DNA of 64,000 nt from an uncultured Gemmatimonadaceae bacterium (GCA_963829055.1 CAWHHI010000016.1:1152001-1216000), one strand, 5' to 3'; positions 32,830 through 44,151 are shown, numbered from the stretch's first letter. Made by a program: numbers and translations. The notes: a model not told the origin generated them from the sequence alone.

Positions 32830-33642
32830 TCAGCTCTCCTGTTTCGCGTAAGGCCACTTCACTCCCTTCAGCAGCTGAAATCCGAGCGCGCGCTCCCGTG
32901 TGAGCTCCTTGAGCAGCGCGCTCTCGCGCGCCACCGCGCCACGAGCACCCTTCCACCCGAGCTGACGCCACGCGCGGCCGGCAATCTGCACCTTCTGCTG
33001 CCACGTCAGCACCGCCTCTTCGTCCGACTCGGCGGCAGCCTTGGCGCCGGCTTCCGTCCAGTCCTGCACCTGAATCTCGACGAGTCCCGCTTCACGCATC
33101 ATCTGCTTCCACTCGATCAGCAGGTGTGGTCGTAATCCGAGACGCTCGACGAGCATCTCGCGCGCGGACTGGCTCATGTCCGAGCTCCAGGTCAACTGTA
33201 ACAGGACGACGGGGCCCATCGGCTTGGTCACACGCGTCAGCTCCGCGACGGCGCGCTCGGGATCTGCGGCGGAGGACAGCAGCGGTTCGGCGAGGCCAGC
33301 GTCGAAGACGTTGCTCTCGTGGGGGAGGTCGTCGAGCGGTGCCTGCTGATACGAAAGCGGCAATGGCGTCTGGAGCGCGCGCAGACGTGCCTCGGCTCGT
33401 TCGATCCGATCCTCGTTGGGGTCGACGCCGGTAATGGACGCGCCGGTTTTCGCGGCAAGCCACTCGCTGGTCTCACCCTCGCCTGAGCCCGAAACGACGA
33501 TCTCCTTGCCGGATCCCGCGTCGACGAGGTCGGCGACTTCGCGGTAGAGCTCTTCGCCTGTCGCTCGCCAGCGGCCGAGAACCATCATCTGGACGAGGCG
33601 CAGTACGGCGGGAACCGGCGGTACGCGCGGCGGGGCGGGCAT
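32830..33642 (-). CDS. Class I SAM-dependent methyltransferase domain protein
   Basis: SGSGEG motif I variant, ITGVD, LPHESNVFD, ELTRVTKPMG. Confidence 0.7.
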   Translation of the reverse strand: MPAPPRVPPVPAVLRLVQMMVLGRWRATGEELYREVADLVDAGSGKEIVVSGSGEGETSEWLAAKTGASITGVDPNEDRIERAEARLRALQTPLPLSYQQAPLDDLPHESNVFDAGLAEPLLSSAADPERAVAELTRVTKPMGPVVLLQLTWSSDMSQSAREMLVERLGLRPHLLIEWKQMMREAGLVEIQVQDWTEAGAKAAAESDEEAVLTWQQKVQIAGRAWRQLGWKGARGAVARESALLKELTRERALGFQLLKGVKWPYAKQES

Positions 33643-33665
33643 GGAAGGGGAAAGTATACGGCAGT

Positions 33666-33699
33666 GAACCGGGTACTGGGAACCGGGAACGGAAACCGG
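33666..33699. repeat. Degenerate GAACCGG heptamer array
   Basis: gaaccgg gtactgg gaaccgg gaacgg aaaccgg. Confidence 0.6.
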
Positions 33700-33703
33700 A
33701 CAG

Positions 33704-34631
33704 TCACGCCAGCGCTTTCAGGTGCGCCACCGCGGCCGCGGCCATCCGGTCGGGGGCATAGCCGCCTTCCAGGGCGCTCACAATTCTGCCGTCGCACCAC
33801 GACTCGGCGCGGGCGACCAGGTCGCGCGTCATCGTCACGAAGTCGTCGATCTCCAGCGTGAACGCGCCGAGCGGGTCGCCGGCAAGCGAGTCGAAGCCCG
33901 CGGAGACGAGCACGAGGTCCGGCGTCCAGCCATCGGTCGCGGCATCGATCGCGCGCGTCCACGCCTCGACGTAACGCTCGCGCGGCTGCGACGCGGGCAT
34001 CGGCACGTTCCAGATCGAGCGGAGTGGGCCGCGGTCGTCCGCGGCTCCTGTACCCGGATACCACGGCCACTGATGCATCGAGACGAAGCGGATATCGCGC
34101 TCGCGTTCGACCAGCGCCTGTGTGCCGTTCCCGTGGTGCACGTCCCAGTCGACGATCAACACGCGCTCGACACCGTGACGCTGTCGGGCGTAGTGCGCCG
34201 CGATCGCGACGTTTCCGAACAGACAGAATCCCATGCCGCGCGCCGCGAGCGCGTGGTGGCCCGGCGGACGAACAGCGCTGAAGCTGCGCACCGCGCGACC
34301 GTCGAACGCCATGTCGACGCCGTCGAGCACACAGCCCGCGCCTGCGGTTGCGGCGTCCCAGCTTCCCTCGCTGATCACTGTGTCGGCGTCGAGGCGCCCA
34401 CCGCCACCGGCGGCGATACGCGCGGACCTGATCAATGTAGGACGCTTCATGCGCGAGCGCCAACTCGTCAGGCGTCGCGTGACGGCCTTCGACGTGTGCG
34501 AGCGCATGAAACAGATCTGCGTCCTCACGCAACGCACGTGGGATGGCGCGCAGCCGCCCGACGTGTTCCGGATGGCCCCACCCGGTGTCATGGCGACCGC
34601 AGTCAGAATGCGAGATGTAGGCGACTGTCAT
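33704..34631 (-). CDS. Histone deacetylase family (Zn-dependent) amidohydrolase, one frameshift
   Basis: GHPEH, RPPGHHA, GFCLFGN, DWDVHHGNGTQ, SAGFD, LEGGY; slip at about 34420. Confidence 0.92.
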
Positions 34632-35927
34632 CGTGCTCCACGAAGTCGTCGTGATGCCCACTCGAGCAGGAGCGCCCCGACCGCGAGCAGGAAAAGAAAT
34701 CGGGTCGTCCGCGTGCCGTCGCTTGCCGGCGCGACCCGCGTGTCCATCGTCGCCGGCGGACCGAGTGCGTCGATGAGTGACGCGAGCGGCGTCTCATCGA
34801 TCACCTCGTCCGCCGCTGGTACGCGCGCGACGAGCGGTGCATACGCGACCGCGGCGGCGAGCCGGGACCACCATTCGCGGTGAGCCGCAGCCGCCTCATC
34901 GCCGCCGGCCATTCTCCAGCGCCATGTCTCGTCGTAGCCGGTCTGCACCACGCGGCCCGCGGTCGACGCGTCGTGCCGCGACGGTCACGGCGCTCGCTCT
35001 CGACTCGAGCACCACGCCATCGCTCACGAGCGACGTCACAGGGAACACTCCAAGTCCCGTCCGCGGCGAGGCGCTCGTCACGCCGCCGGCGACGCCCGCG
35101 ATCCGCCGTCCGACGTCACCGGGAGCGATGGATGACAGGCCTCCAATGCGAGCAGAGGCGCCAGCGAGTATCACGCCGCCACCGTCGTGCGCGTACCGTG
35201 CGATCGCGGTCGCGGAGGACGCGGCAGTGCTGTCGAGCGCGATCACGGCCGAGTAGCGCGCTGTATCGATGGCGCCGAGCGGGCCCTGTGTGACTTCCAC
35301 GTTAGGCGCGACTCGCACGCGCGACGCCACGCGCCACCCTCGCTCCTCGAGCGCCGCAATGGTGAACTTCGACTCCCAGCCAGCGGCGCCAAGCACGAGC
35401 AGGGGCTTGAGCGCGATCGAGTCCCGCGCCGCCGTGGCTGCGGTGAACGTCGCGCCCGACGCGCGCACGCTCCCGGCAACCGACGCGAGCTCCAGCTCCG
35501 CGGCGCCTCCGCGAGAGAGTGTGTCGATCGTGCCCGCGGCATCTCCGATCGATACAGGCTCTCCTCCGGCAGCGGCGAACCGCACCCGCGTCGCGCCGCT
35601 CGGTTCTGATGCTGGTTCCGCGATGACGGCCGATCCACGGATCGGTCGCGACGCGGCCCACTGCGCCCGCGAGCCCGAGTGCGCGAGCGCGCGAATCCAG
35701 TCGCGCGTGCGCGCGTCCGGCGCCTTGTCGAGCACCACCCGAAGCTCAGCCGGACCGGCCAGCGTCCAACGCTCGAGCGCACGCGTTAGGTCGCCCGCTG
35801 CAACGCTGACGCCAGCCGCCGTCGGCGGCCGCAGCGCACGCCACAGCAGCACCGCCAGCGCGGCCAGCGCCGTCGCTCGGAGCACCAATTCGGCGACTCG
35901 GCGGACGCGCTCAGCGGGTGAGGGCAT
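34628..35927 (-). CDS. Membrane protein of the MoxR/Bat-type cluster, frameshifted
   Basis: N-terminal TM; C-terminal LLLEWASRRLRG typical of Bat-cluster proteins; slip at about 34960. Confidence 0.6.
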
Positions 35928-36522
35928 ACACGATCACGTTGACGCCGAACTTCGTGTTGTCGATCGAGAGAAACCGCTTGTTGTCGGGATGGTAACCCCA
36001 CTCCGAGCTGTAGTCCTTGTTGCTGTACAGCACCGCGATCCGGTCGCCACGCATGGCGGCGAGCAGGTGCGAGTGGACGAGATTGTCGCCCCAGCCGTTC
36101 AGCTCGTGCGACGTGTTAGGCGGCCCATCGGGGAACTTGAAGAAGGACGAGTACAGCGGGTGCGTATTCGCCAGTTGCGTCAACTTCCCCACCGCGCGCC
36201 CGAGCTCCTCTACCGCCGTCTTGTGAAACGCGCCGTCGATGTCGTGGTTATGGTCGTCGACGAACAGCATACCCCCGCGGTCCGCGAAGCGGCGCACGTT
36301 CGCGCGCTCGGCTTCGGTGAACCGCACGGGGAGATGGCCGGTCAGATACACGAGCGGGAATCGGAACAGATCATCGCTGGCCAGCGCGACGATCGCGCCC
36401 GTTGGTGCGACGGGAAGGCTCGTGTACTTCGCGAGCGAATCAATGAGATTGGCCGGCACCAGTGGCGCGCTGTCCCAGTCTCCTGATTCGTACTGCCCGG
36501 TCGCGAACACGAATTCGCTCAC
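35911..36522 (-). CDS. DUF4159 domain protein
   Basis: FVFATGQYESGDWD, FPLVYLTGH, GGMLFVDD, HPLYSSFF, KFGVNVIVYALT; GTGA overlap with the upstream gene. Confidence 0.8.
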   Translation of the reverse strand: MSEFVFATGQYESGDWDSAPLVPANLIDSLAKYTSLPVAPTGAIVALASDDLFRFPLVYLTGHLPVRFTEAERANVRRFADRGGMLFVDDHNHDIDGAFHKTAVEELGRAVGKLTQLANTHPLYSSFFKFPDGPPNTSHELNGWGDNLVHSHLLAAMRGDRIAVLYSNKDYSSEWGYHPDNKRFLSIDNTKFGVNVIVYALTR

Positions 36523-38678
36523 CACACGCCGCTCCACGCCCCGAGGCGTCCGGCGCCACGCACGGTACCGTCCGCGACGCGTCGCGCGCGCGCGAGCAGC
36601 GTGGTCGCGTCGCGGCCATTGCGCATCGCGTCCAGCGCGTCGGCAATGGCTGCAGCGAGACGCGGGGCTGCGTCCAGCGATTCTACTCGCAGCAACACCA
36701 GGGAGTCGATGGCTGCGGCAGGCGTTCGCGACGCCAGCTCTATCGCCGCGGCCAGTCGCTCGGCGCGTCGCGCAGCGCCGGGATCGACCGGTTGGCGTGG
36801 TACGCGCGTACTCGCGGCGCCTGTCTCCTTGCCCGTTAGGCGGACGCGCGCCAGATCCACCACGACCGTCGGCGCCTTGCCGCGAAGGTAGATTCGCTCT
36901 GCCTGACGCGCGCGCTGAATGGCTGCCAGTGCGCGTCGCATCGGCGGGAGCGCGCGAGCGGTCTCGCCCTGATCCAGCTCGCGGCTGGCTTCCCACATCG
37001 CGTTGTACGCCTCGAGGAGCGGCCGGTTGATCGCAACGACGGGCGTCTCGTCGCCCTCGAAGTCGAGGATCTCGTCGCCCTTCCCCGTTGCCGCGCTCGC
37101 GGCTCTCAGCAACGCGGCGCGCGCGGAATCGGCCGAGTCCGCAGCCGCGATCTCGCGAGCGGGACGGCCAGCACGAGTCGCCGCACGCCGCGCAGCGTCG
37201 CGAGATGCCGAATCCGCGCGTACCGAGGTATCGGCCGAAGCGGGATCATCGTCCGGATCGCGCCCTTCCTCACCGCTCGGGTTGTTACCAAGCCGAGCGA
37301 AGATGATATCGCCGACACGCTTCCGGAGCCTCGTCTGATCGCGGCCGATGGCACGCGACTCCGACATGAGAGTCTCGCGCGCGAGTGTCGGGCGACGCCG
37401 ATCGAGCGCTTCCGTCATCATGATCAGCATGCGCTCGCTGATCATCGACTTGTCGGCTTCCGGCGGAGGCGCGCCTTCCACAGCGATGGAGTCGTACTCG
37501 CCAGCGCGGGCGACCCGCAGCACACGTGTCTCTGACGCACCCACGCCCGGTCCGCTCACGGTGTTGCCGTCACGAGCGACGGCACGGAGGTGCACCATGT
37601 CGCCCGGCTTGAGATTCAGGGCGTCGAGCGCGAGCGAGGCGGCGAGCGTGCCGTTCGCCGCGCCACTGTACTGCCGGGCGCCTAACGTCCCGGACCGGAA
37701 CTGAAAGCTCTCGCCCTCCCCAGAGCTCACGATGTACTCGAACGCGCCGCTGGCGAGCCCAATGTCGTCGTGCGTTTCCGCGGACAGCGACAGCGCGCCC
37801 CTGGCGACACGCATGACCGTATCGCGCGACGGCGCCAGCAGTCGCACGGTCGGAACCGAATCCGCGCGCGGCTCGAGCGCCACGATCCGCTCGCCGGACG
37901 CATGGCGGAATCGTACGAGCGTCGGCCGATCGCCGACCGTGAGCGCGACGCGCCAGCCGGCGCTGGCCGGTTGCACGGCGAGCGTCTGGCCGCTGACGTC
38001 TGCGGTGACGCCGGCGCCCGCCCCGGGCGCATCGAACGTGACGCTGCTCCCGACGAGCGCCACAATGGACGCCGGCGACTCCACGCGCAAAACGCGACCT
38101 CCCGCATACGCGGGCGCACGCACCGTCGCAGAGAGTCGCGCGAACGGCGACGCTACGTCTCGCGACGCTGTGGACGTGGCCGAGACAGTTCCGTCTGGTG
38201 CGGATGCCGACCGCGCAAAGGCGACACGCTGCGCGAGCAGCAGGGCGCCGAAGGCAGCGACGGTCGCCAACGCAGGCCAGGCAATCGCTCGGCTAACCGC
38301 ACGTCGCGTCTCCGCGGTCCACGACACCTGAGCGATCTGTTGCTCGAGCAATGCAGTCGTCGGCGCGCGCTCCGCCGCCGGATCGACGGCCGTAACGAGC
38401 GCGTACTCCAGTCGCGGCACGCGCTCCTCGATCCAGAGCGCGACGCGAGGCACCGTTAGGCGACGCCATGGCATCAGCAACACGACGAGCACGATGGCGC
38501 CGATCACGGCAGCTGCCAGCCACGGAGCGACCCCATCCACCCGACCAGTGCGCCTGCTGGCAATCGTGGCAAGGGCACCGACCGTCAGCGTCGTGGCGGT
38601 CGCCCACAGCGCAGCACGAGTGGCGATGGCGGTCGCGAGTGCGCGACGCGTTCGAAGCACGCGCTCAAGCGGTCGCAT
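36519..38678 (-). CDS. DUF4175-like membrane protein
   Basis: Three N-terminal TMs, IEERVPRLEYALVTA, Ig-like region HDDIGL...LKPGD..ARDGNTVSGPG, helical C-terminus. Confidence 0.65.
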   Translation of the reverse strand: MRPLERVLRTRRALATAIATRAALWATATTLTVGALATIASRRTGRVDGVAPWLAAAVIGAIVLVVLLMPWRRLTVPRVALWIEERVPRLEYALVTAVDPAAERAPTTALLEQQIAQVSWTAETRRAVSRAIAWPALATVAAFGALLLAQRVAFARSASAPDGTVSATSTASRDVASPFARLSATVRAPAYAGGRVLRVESPASIVALVGSSVTFDAPGAGAGVTADVSGQTLAVQPASAGWRVALTVGDRPTLVRFRHASGERIVALEPRADSVPTVRLLAPSRDTVMRVARGALSLSAETHDDIGLASGAFEYIVSSGEGESFQFRSGTLGARQYSGAANGTLAASLALDALNLKPGDMVHLRAVARDGNTVSGPGVGASETRVLRVARAGEYDSIAVEGAPPPEADKSMISERMLIMMTEALDRRRPTLARETLMSESRAIGRDQTRLRKRVGDIIFARLGNNPSGEEGRDPDDDPASADTSVRADSASRDAARRAATRAGRPAREIAAADSADSARAALLRAASAATGKGDEILDFEGDETPVVAINRPLLEAYNAMWEASRELDQGETARALPPMRRALAAIQRARQAERIYLRGKAPTVVVDLARVRLTGKETGAASTRVPRQPVDPGAARRAERLAAAIELASRTPAAAIDSLVLLRVESLDAAPRLAAAIADALDAMRNGRDATTLLARARRVADGTVRGAGRLGAWSGVW

Positions 38679-39990
38679 TGGCCTCGGATCCTCGACGTAC
38701 GAGCATCTCGGCGACGGCCGCGGCCAGCGCGATCGCCAGCAGCCACGCCGCCAGCCTCGACGCCGGCGGCTCACCCATCACCGCGGCGGTCGCTTCGGTC
38801 GATGCCCGCGCGATCGTTGCGGGAAGCGCCTGCGCAAGCACGCTGTCGGAGGCCGCGACCCACGGCAACGCGCTCGCGCACGGCTCCAGCAGGCGCGCCG
38901 CGAACCGGCGGAATGCCGGTGTGAGCGGCAGATCGCCCGTTGATGACACGGGGACTGCGACGGACCGGATGCAGCCGGTGCCTAACGTGCTCTCGGTGAC
39001 CGCCGGCTCGCCGTCACTCCACCGGGCGATGACGCGTCCCGCAGGTGGATTGGTAGCCCGCACCATGGGCGCGACGACCGTGGCGGCTCGAGCCGCGGCG
39101 CGCGACCCTCCGCCCGAGCCAGCGAGGGCAGTCACCGCGAACGCGGTGTCGGGCGGGGTTCGTTTCGCCCACGCGCTAGGCGCTATCGCAGCAGGCCACA
39201 GCACCGTCGCGCGGCCATCGCGCGCCCATGCGCTATCGGCCGCTGTCACCGAGTCGCGAACCACTCGCACGGCGGCACCTGCGCGAACGTCTCCGATGAG
39301 TGCCACGGACACGGCAACGGGGTCGCCGACCGTGGCGCGCACGACGGGGCGCCCGAGCGGGCCTGAGTCGTTAGGCGCCGTGCCGGCGCGCACGAGCCGA
39401 ACGGGCCCGGTCCATGTGCGTCTGATGGCGGCGGTCGCGTCATCGAGCTCGCCCGCCGCGAACGGCGAGACGATCACGATTTCTACCGAATCCCGCTCGC
39501 GTTCGAGGCGCCGGCCGGAGCGGACTGCACCCACGAGCGCGGCCGATAGCGAGCCTGACGCAGTCGACGCCGCCGCGGCGATGGAGTCCGGAGTCGGGCC
39601 GATGACTTCCCGCGCAGTGGAGTCGAACAGGACCAACGCGTCGCCCGGCCGGAATACAGCGCGCGCGGCCGAAGGAACCTCCGGTCCCACGCCCGCGAAG
39701 CGGGATCGGTCAACGACGACAACTCGTGCGGTCCCACGTCGCTGCGGCACCAACTGCGGTCGAGCGAGCGCGAGACCAACGAGCAGGACGATCGCGACGC
39801 GCAGCGCGAGCAGCGCAATGTCCGCGGGCCGCACCGCGCGGGACACCATGCGGACTGGCCGCTCCGGTGCGAACCGCGCCGTGGGCAGCGGGGACTCCGG
39901 CGGTCGCCGCCACGCCAACAGGTGCAGGGCGACCGTGCCAAGCGCGACGACGCCGGCGACCCACGCGAAGAACGGAGCGGCGAACGTCAT
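38665..39990 (-). CDS. BatA N-terminal domain protein (vWA-like)
   Basis: MTFAAPFF...LHLLAWRRP...ARF...LLALRVAIVLLVGLALARP; VVVDRS. Confidence 0.75.
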   Translation of the reverse strand: MTFAAPFFAWVAGVVALGTVALHLLAWRRPPESPLPTARFAPERPVRMVSRAVRPADIALLALRVAIVLLVGLALARPQLVPQRRGTARVVVVDRSRFAGVGPEVPSAARAVFRPGDALVLFDSTAREVIGPTPDSIAAAASTASGSLSAALVGAVRSGRRLERERDSVEIVIVSPFAAGELDDATAAIRRTWTGPVRLVRAGTAPNDSGPLGRPVVRATVGDPVAVSVALIGDVRAGAAVRVVRDSVTAADSAWARDGRATVLWPAAIAPSAWAKRTPPDTAFAVTALAGSGGGSRAAARAATVVAPMVRATNPPAGRVIARWSDGEPAVTESTLGTGCIRSVAVPVSSTGDLPLTPAFRRFAARLLEPCASALPWVAASDSVLAQALPATIARASTEATAAVMGEPPASRLAAWLLAIALAAAVAEMLVRRGSEANATA

Positions 39991-40923
39991 CGCGCTTCGC
40001 TCCGCGCATTGAGGGCGGCGTCGCGGCCGGCGCCTAACGCCCCACCGGCTACACGCCGCACGACACGCGACGCCGGCTCCGACGTGGTCGCCATCGTGTA
40101 CGTCAGTCCTTCCCCTCGCCACGCCGCCGCGAGCTGACTACGCCACTCGCCAAAACGCTCCACGTACGCTGCGCGCGCATCCGCGATGAATGGCCGCGCG
40201 ACCGTCGCGTCCTCCGGATCGATCACGAGCATCGACCGGGTGGGCGGGTTCAGCTCCTCCTCCGCGACGACGTGAATCGCATGCACTTCCCCGCCCGCGG
40301 CCGCGATTTCGCCGGCGCGTCGCCGTATGTCGTCCGCGTCGCCAAGAAAATCGCTGATGACGACGATCCGCATTCGTGCTCGAGTGCGCACGACAGCCGA
40401 GGCGATCGCCGCGCTCCCTTCGGGAACGGCAGAGTCGAGCGCCCTCGCAATCTCACCGACGATCCCCCGTCGCGTGCGCGGCGGCAATTGCCGCAGTCCA
40501 CCACCGCCGACGATCACGAGTCCAACAGGATCGCGACTCGCGTGCGCGACCGCCGCGAGACCGATGGCGATGTCGGACGCCGACTTTCCACTTGCCGAGC
40601 GTGTCGACAGGGAATGCCATCGACGCCGTCGCATCGACGACGATCAACGTCGACACGATGGAGCGGTCTTCCGCGAGGCGGATGTACGCACGATCGCTGC
40701 GCGCGAGCAGGCGCCAGTCTATGCGCTTGGGATCGTCACCCTGTCGGTAGACCCGGTACTCACTCAACTCCGGCGCCGACCCGCGAAGTCGGGAGTGGTG
40801 CGCACCTGGCAGCGCGCCGCCGATCGGGCGCAGCGCCGGCCACTTCACGCCGCGAATGGCGTCGAGGAGCGAGCCGCGGGTCTCGATACCCGGTTTCTCG
40901 GCTCCCACCCGTCGTTCGCGCAT
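39987..40923 (-). CDS. DUF58 (vWA-like) protein, one frameshift
   Basis: EYRVYRQGDDPKRIDW, VDATASM, VVISDF; slip at about 40580. Confidence 0.88.
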
Positions 40924-40941
40924 TCAGGCCGCCTCGCTGGA

Positions 40942-42004
40942 TTAGACGCGGATTCCGCTCTCCGGAGCCGGCACGTGACGGATGACTGCCGCCACGATCT
41001 GCTCGGCGGTGACTGCGTCAGCGTCGGCAGCGAAGTTGGGCAGCACGCGGTGCCGCAGCACCGGCTGCGCGACCCGCCGTACGTCGTCGGGCGTGACCGC
41101 CGCGCGGCCGGACAGGAGCGCGTGGGCCTTGGCGCCTAACACGAGTGCCTGCCCCGCGCGCGGACCCGCGCCCCAGCGCACGTAGCGCTTCACGAGATCG
41201 GGCGGTGGCGCGGACGCACCGTTGGTCGCGCCATCCTCGGTTGGCGGACGCGTCGCTCGCGCCAGCGCCGCCGCATATCGCAGGATCGGCTCGGCCGCCG
41301 GCAACTCTCGCGTCAGGCGCTGCAGCGCACTCGTCTGCGCCGCGTCCAGCATGGGCTCGAGCGCGACTTCACTGGCACCCGTGGTGGAGCGGAGAATGCC
41401 GACTTCCTCTTCTTCGTTCGGGTACCCGATGCGAATGTCGAAGAGAAAGCGGTCCAGCTGCGCTTCGGGCAGCGGATACGTTCCTTCCTGCTCGATCGGG
41501 TTCTGCGTCGCGAGCACGAAGAACGGCTCCGGTAGACGCATCGTCTCGCCCGCCGCCGTCACGCGATGCTCCTGCATCGCTTCGAGCAGCGCGGCCTGCG
41601 TGCGTGGTGGCGCGCGGTTGATCTCATCCGCCAACACGATGTTCGCGAACACCGGGCCGCGCACGAACCGGAAGCTGCGAGCGCCCGTGGCCGCATTCTC
41701 CTCGAGCAGCTCGGTGCCCGTGATGTCGCTCGGTACGAGGTCCGGCGTGAACTGAATCCGGCGGAAATCCAGCCGCATCGACTCGGCCACCGAGCGAACC
41801 ATCAGCGTCTTGGCGAGACCGGGAACGCCGACGAGCAGCGCATGGCCACCCGCCAGTACCGCCATGAGGATCTCGTCCAGCACCGCGCGTTGCCCGACGA
41901 TGCGTCTGCGAGACCTCATCACGCAGGCGGACAGCGGCGGCGAGGAGCGACTCGCGCTCCGCGGCGGATGCGGGCGCGTTAGGCGTGGGCAGCGTCGTGC
42001 TCAG
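40942..42004 (-). CDS. MoxR-family AAA+ ATPase
   Basis: IVGQ, GVPGLAKT, RIQFTPDLVPSDITG, DEINRAPPRTQAALLEAMQE, ATQNPIEQEGTYPLPEAQLDRF. The N-terminus (...AAAVRLRDEVS) is in another frame, with a slip at about 41908. Confidence 0.93.
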
Positions 42005-42327
42005 CGGACCGGACGGCGACGGCGATAGGTGACGAGAAACGTCGAGCCGTTCGTCGCGCCCGTGTCGGCAATCGACACGTTCTCATCGAGGATCTCGAAG
42101 CCATTGAGCTTCAGAACGTACGCATCGGCCGGGCCACCGTCGGGCTGCAGCGCCGCAATCGCCTGCGCTTTGAGCGTGCCGACGCGCTCGCTCGCCGGCG
42201 TCTCGACGCGCACCACGTCCCAGGCTTCCAGCATCTGTACCCGAACCGTGATCCGCGGCTGACCATCGGCGCCAAGGCGGAGCACGCCAGGCCGCGAGCG
42301 GATCTGTGACACGAAGGGAGCGGTCAC
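42001..42327 (-). CDS. Small ubiquitin-like (beta-grasp; YukD/EsaB-like) protein
   Basis: ITVRVQ...VRVETPASERVGTLKAQAIAAL...YVLKLNGFEILDENVSIADTGATNGSTFLVT follows the ubiquitin pattern; ends RRRRPVR, with no diGly. Confidence 0.65.
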   Translation of the reverse strand: MTAPFVSQIRSRPGVLRLGADGQPRITVRVQMLEAWDVVRVETPASERVGTLKAQAIAALQPDGGPADAYVLKLNGFEILDENVSIADTGATNGSTFLVTYRRRRPVR

Positions 42328-42623
42328 GACGCGGCCTGGGCAACGGGAGGCAGCGTCGCGAAGAACCGCGCGATCTGCTGGTCGAACAGGTAGCTCGATC
42401 CGGTCACGCGAGTGCCGGCGCCTTCCGAGGCCGGCACGGCGCCGATCAACACTTCCTCGCCGCCCTGCCCGCGAAGGCTCACGAACGACGGGCCTTCTCT
42501 CTCCACGAACGCGGCGTAGATGTTGTTGCGCCGAGCGAAGAACACCTTGGCTGCACTGATCACGTCTGGGACGCTGAGACTCGTAGCGGCTTCCTGTAGC
42601 GTGCGGTCTTGCTGAATGTTCAT
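42324..42623 (-). CDS. Hypothetical protein
   Basis: 99-aa ORF with GTGA coupling to the downstream gene and plausible composition. Confidence 0.65.
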   Translation of the reverse strand: MNIQQDRTLQEAATSLSVPDVISAAKVFFARRNNIYAAFVEREGPSFVSLRGQGGEEVLIGAVPASEGAGTRVTGSSYLFDQQIARFFATLPPVAQAAS

Positions 42624-42644
42624 CCGTGAGGTGACTGGCTGTCG

Positions 42645-44003
42645 TCAGGCATCTCCCGCCAGCTCGACGGGAGACTCGTACTCGAGCGGCAGCGCGACGC
42701 TGAACGTCGAGCCCTCGCCGAGCGTCGATCGCAACTCGATGCTGCCACCGAGCAACTGCGCGAGACGCTGCGCAAGTGCCAGACCGAGACCCGAGCCGCC
42801 GTACCGACGCGTCGCCGACCCGTCGACCTGGCGGAACTCATCGAACACGTACTGCTGAGCGTCGACCGAGATCCCGATACCGGTGTCCTGTACGCGGTAC
42901 ACGACCCGGTCGTTGGCCAGTGCAACACTCGCCACGATCTCGCCGCGCTCGGTGAACTTCACCGCGTTGCCGAGTAAGCTAACGAGGATGCGGAAGATTT
43001 TCTTCCGATCGCTGTGGATCTTCGGCAGGATCGTCGTCGGCTCTTCGAGTCGGATCTCGACGCGCACGCCAGGTGCGGCTACCGAGGCCACCGCCTCGCG
43101 AAGCGGCGCACGTGGGTCGACGGCTTCGATGAACAAATCGAGCTCACCGCGCTTGAGCGTCGTGAGCTCGATGAGATTCTCGATCAGATCGAGCAGCCGC
43201 TCGCTCGCGCCCTTCACGTGCGTGAGGTCGTGGCGCTGGCCGTCGGTGAGTGGACCGGAGATCCCTTCCTGAAGGATCGAGATGTACCCGAGCACCGCCG
43301 TCAGCGGCGTGCGAAGCTCGTGCGAGATGTTGGCGAGGAACTCGTCCTTCAACCGGCGCGCCTGTAGCACGGCAGCGTATTGGCGCTCGAGCTCGGCGTT
43401 CGCTTCGACCAGCGCGCCATTCGACCGGCGCAGTTGGTCGATGAGCAGCGATTTCTCCGCCGTCGCGGCCATCTGGTCCGCGACAATGCGGAGCAGGCTT
43501 CGTTTCTCCGGCGAGAACGACTCCGCATCGGCGAAGTAGAACGTGACTGCACCGAGCACCCGAGACCCGGTCTGCAGCGGAAGCGCGATCAGCGCGCGGA
43601 AGCCGAGCTCCGCGGCGACTTCCTGCCAGTCCTCCAGCTCGTTGTCGGCGAATACGTCGGGGACTTCGATCGTCCGCCGCTCGCTCGCGGCCTCGCCACT
43701 GGGACCGAACCCGAGTCGCACGCGCGCTTCGCCAAGCCACGGTCGGAACCGCTGCGGCCAGTTGTGCGCGCCACCAAGCCGCATCAGCTCTGACGCGCCA
43801 TCGACGAGGTACACCGATGCGAACGTCGCGCCGACCAGTGGACTCACTCGGTCAAGCGCGAATTGATAAACCTCTTCTGGGCGGTCGGCGGTCAGGAAGG
43901 CGTGTATGACCTCCCTGACCGCCAGCAGCTCCCGCATTGCCTGATCGGGAGCGCCAGCGGGCGGACGAAAGCGGTCCGTGCGTGAGACGGATGACTTTGG
44001 CAC
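42645..44003 (-). CDS. GAF-domain sensor histidine kinase
   Basis: GAF domain (IEVPDVFAD, IALPLQ..VLGAV), SHELRTPL, GNAVKFT, DTGIGI, GSGLGL; start approximate. Confidence 0.92.
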   Translation of the reverse strand: MPKSSVSRTDRFRPPAGAPDQAMRELLAVREVIHAFLTADRPEEVYQFALDRVSPLVGATFASVYLVDGASELMRLGGAHNWPQRFRPWLGEARVRLGFGPSGEAASERRTIEVPDVFADNELEDWQEVAAELGFRALIALPLQTGSRVLGAVTFYFADAESFSPEKRSLLRIVADQMAATAEKSLLIDQLRRSNGALVEANAELERQYAAVLQARRLKDEFLANISHELRTPLTAVLGYISILQEGISGPLTDGQRHDLTHVKGASERLLDLIENLIELTTLKRGELDLFIEAVDPRAPLREAVASVAAPGVRVEIRLEEPTTILPKIHSDRKKIFRILVSLLGNAVKFTERGEIVASVALANDRVVYRVQDTGIGISVDAQQYVFDEFRQVDGSATRRYGGSGLGLALAQRLAQLLGGSIELRSTLGEGSTFSVALPLEYESPVELAGDA

Positions 44004-44151
44004 AGGGTGCAATCTAAAGATGGAACGGCAGATGCGCGACAACTGCCGAGGTTGTCGTCGCGACCGAGTGGGCGCAGCCGCATGTTTCGCGTTGCGCCCT
44101 CATCTGTTTCCATCAGACGACGCTGCCGTGAGGACGGCACCAAAGTCAACC

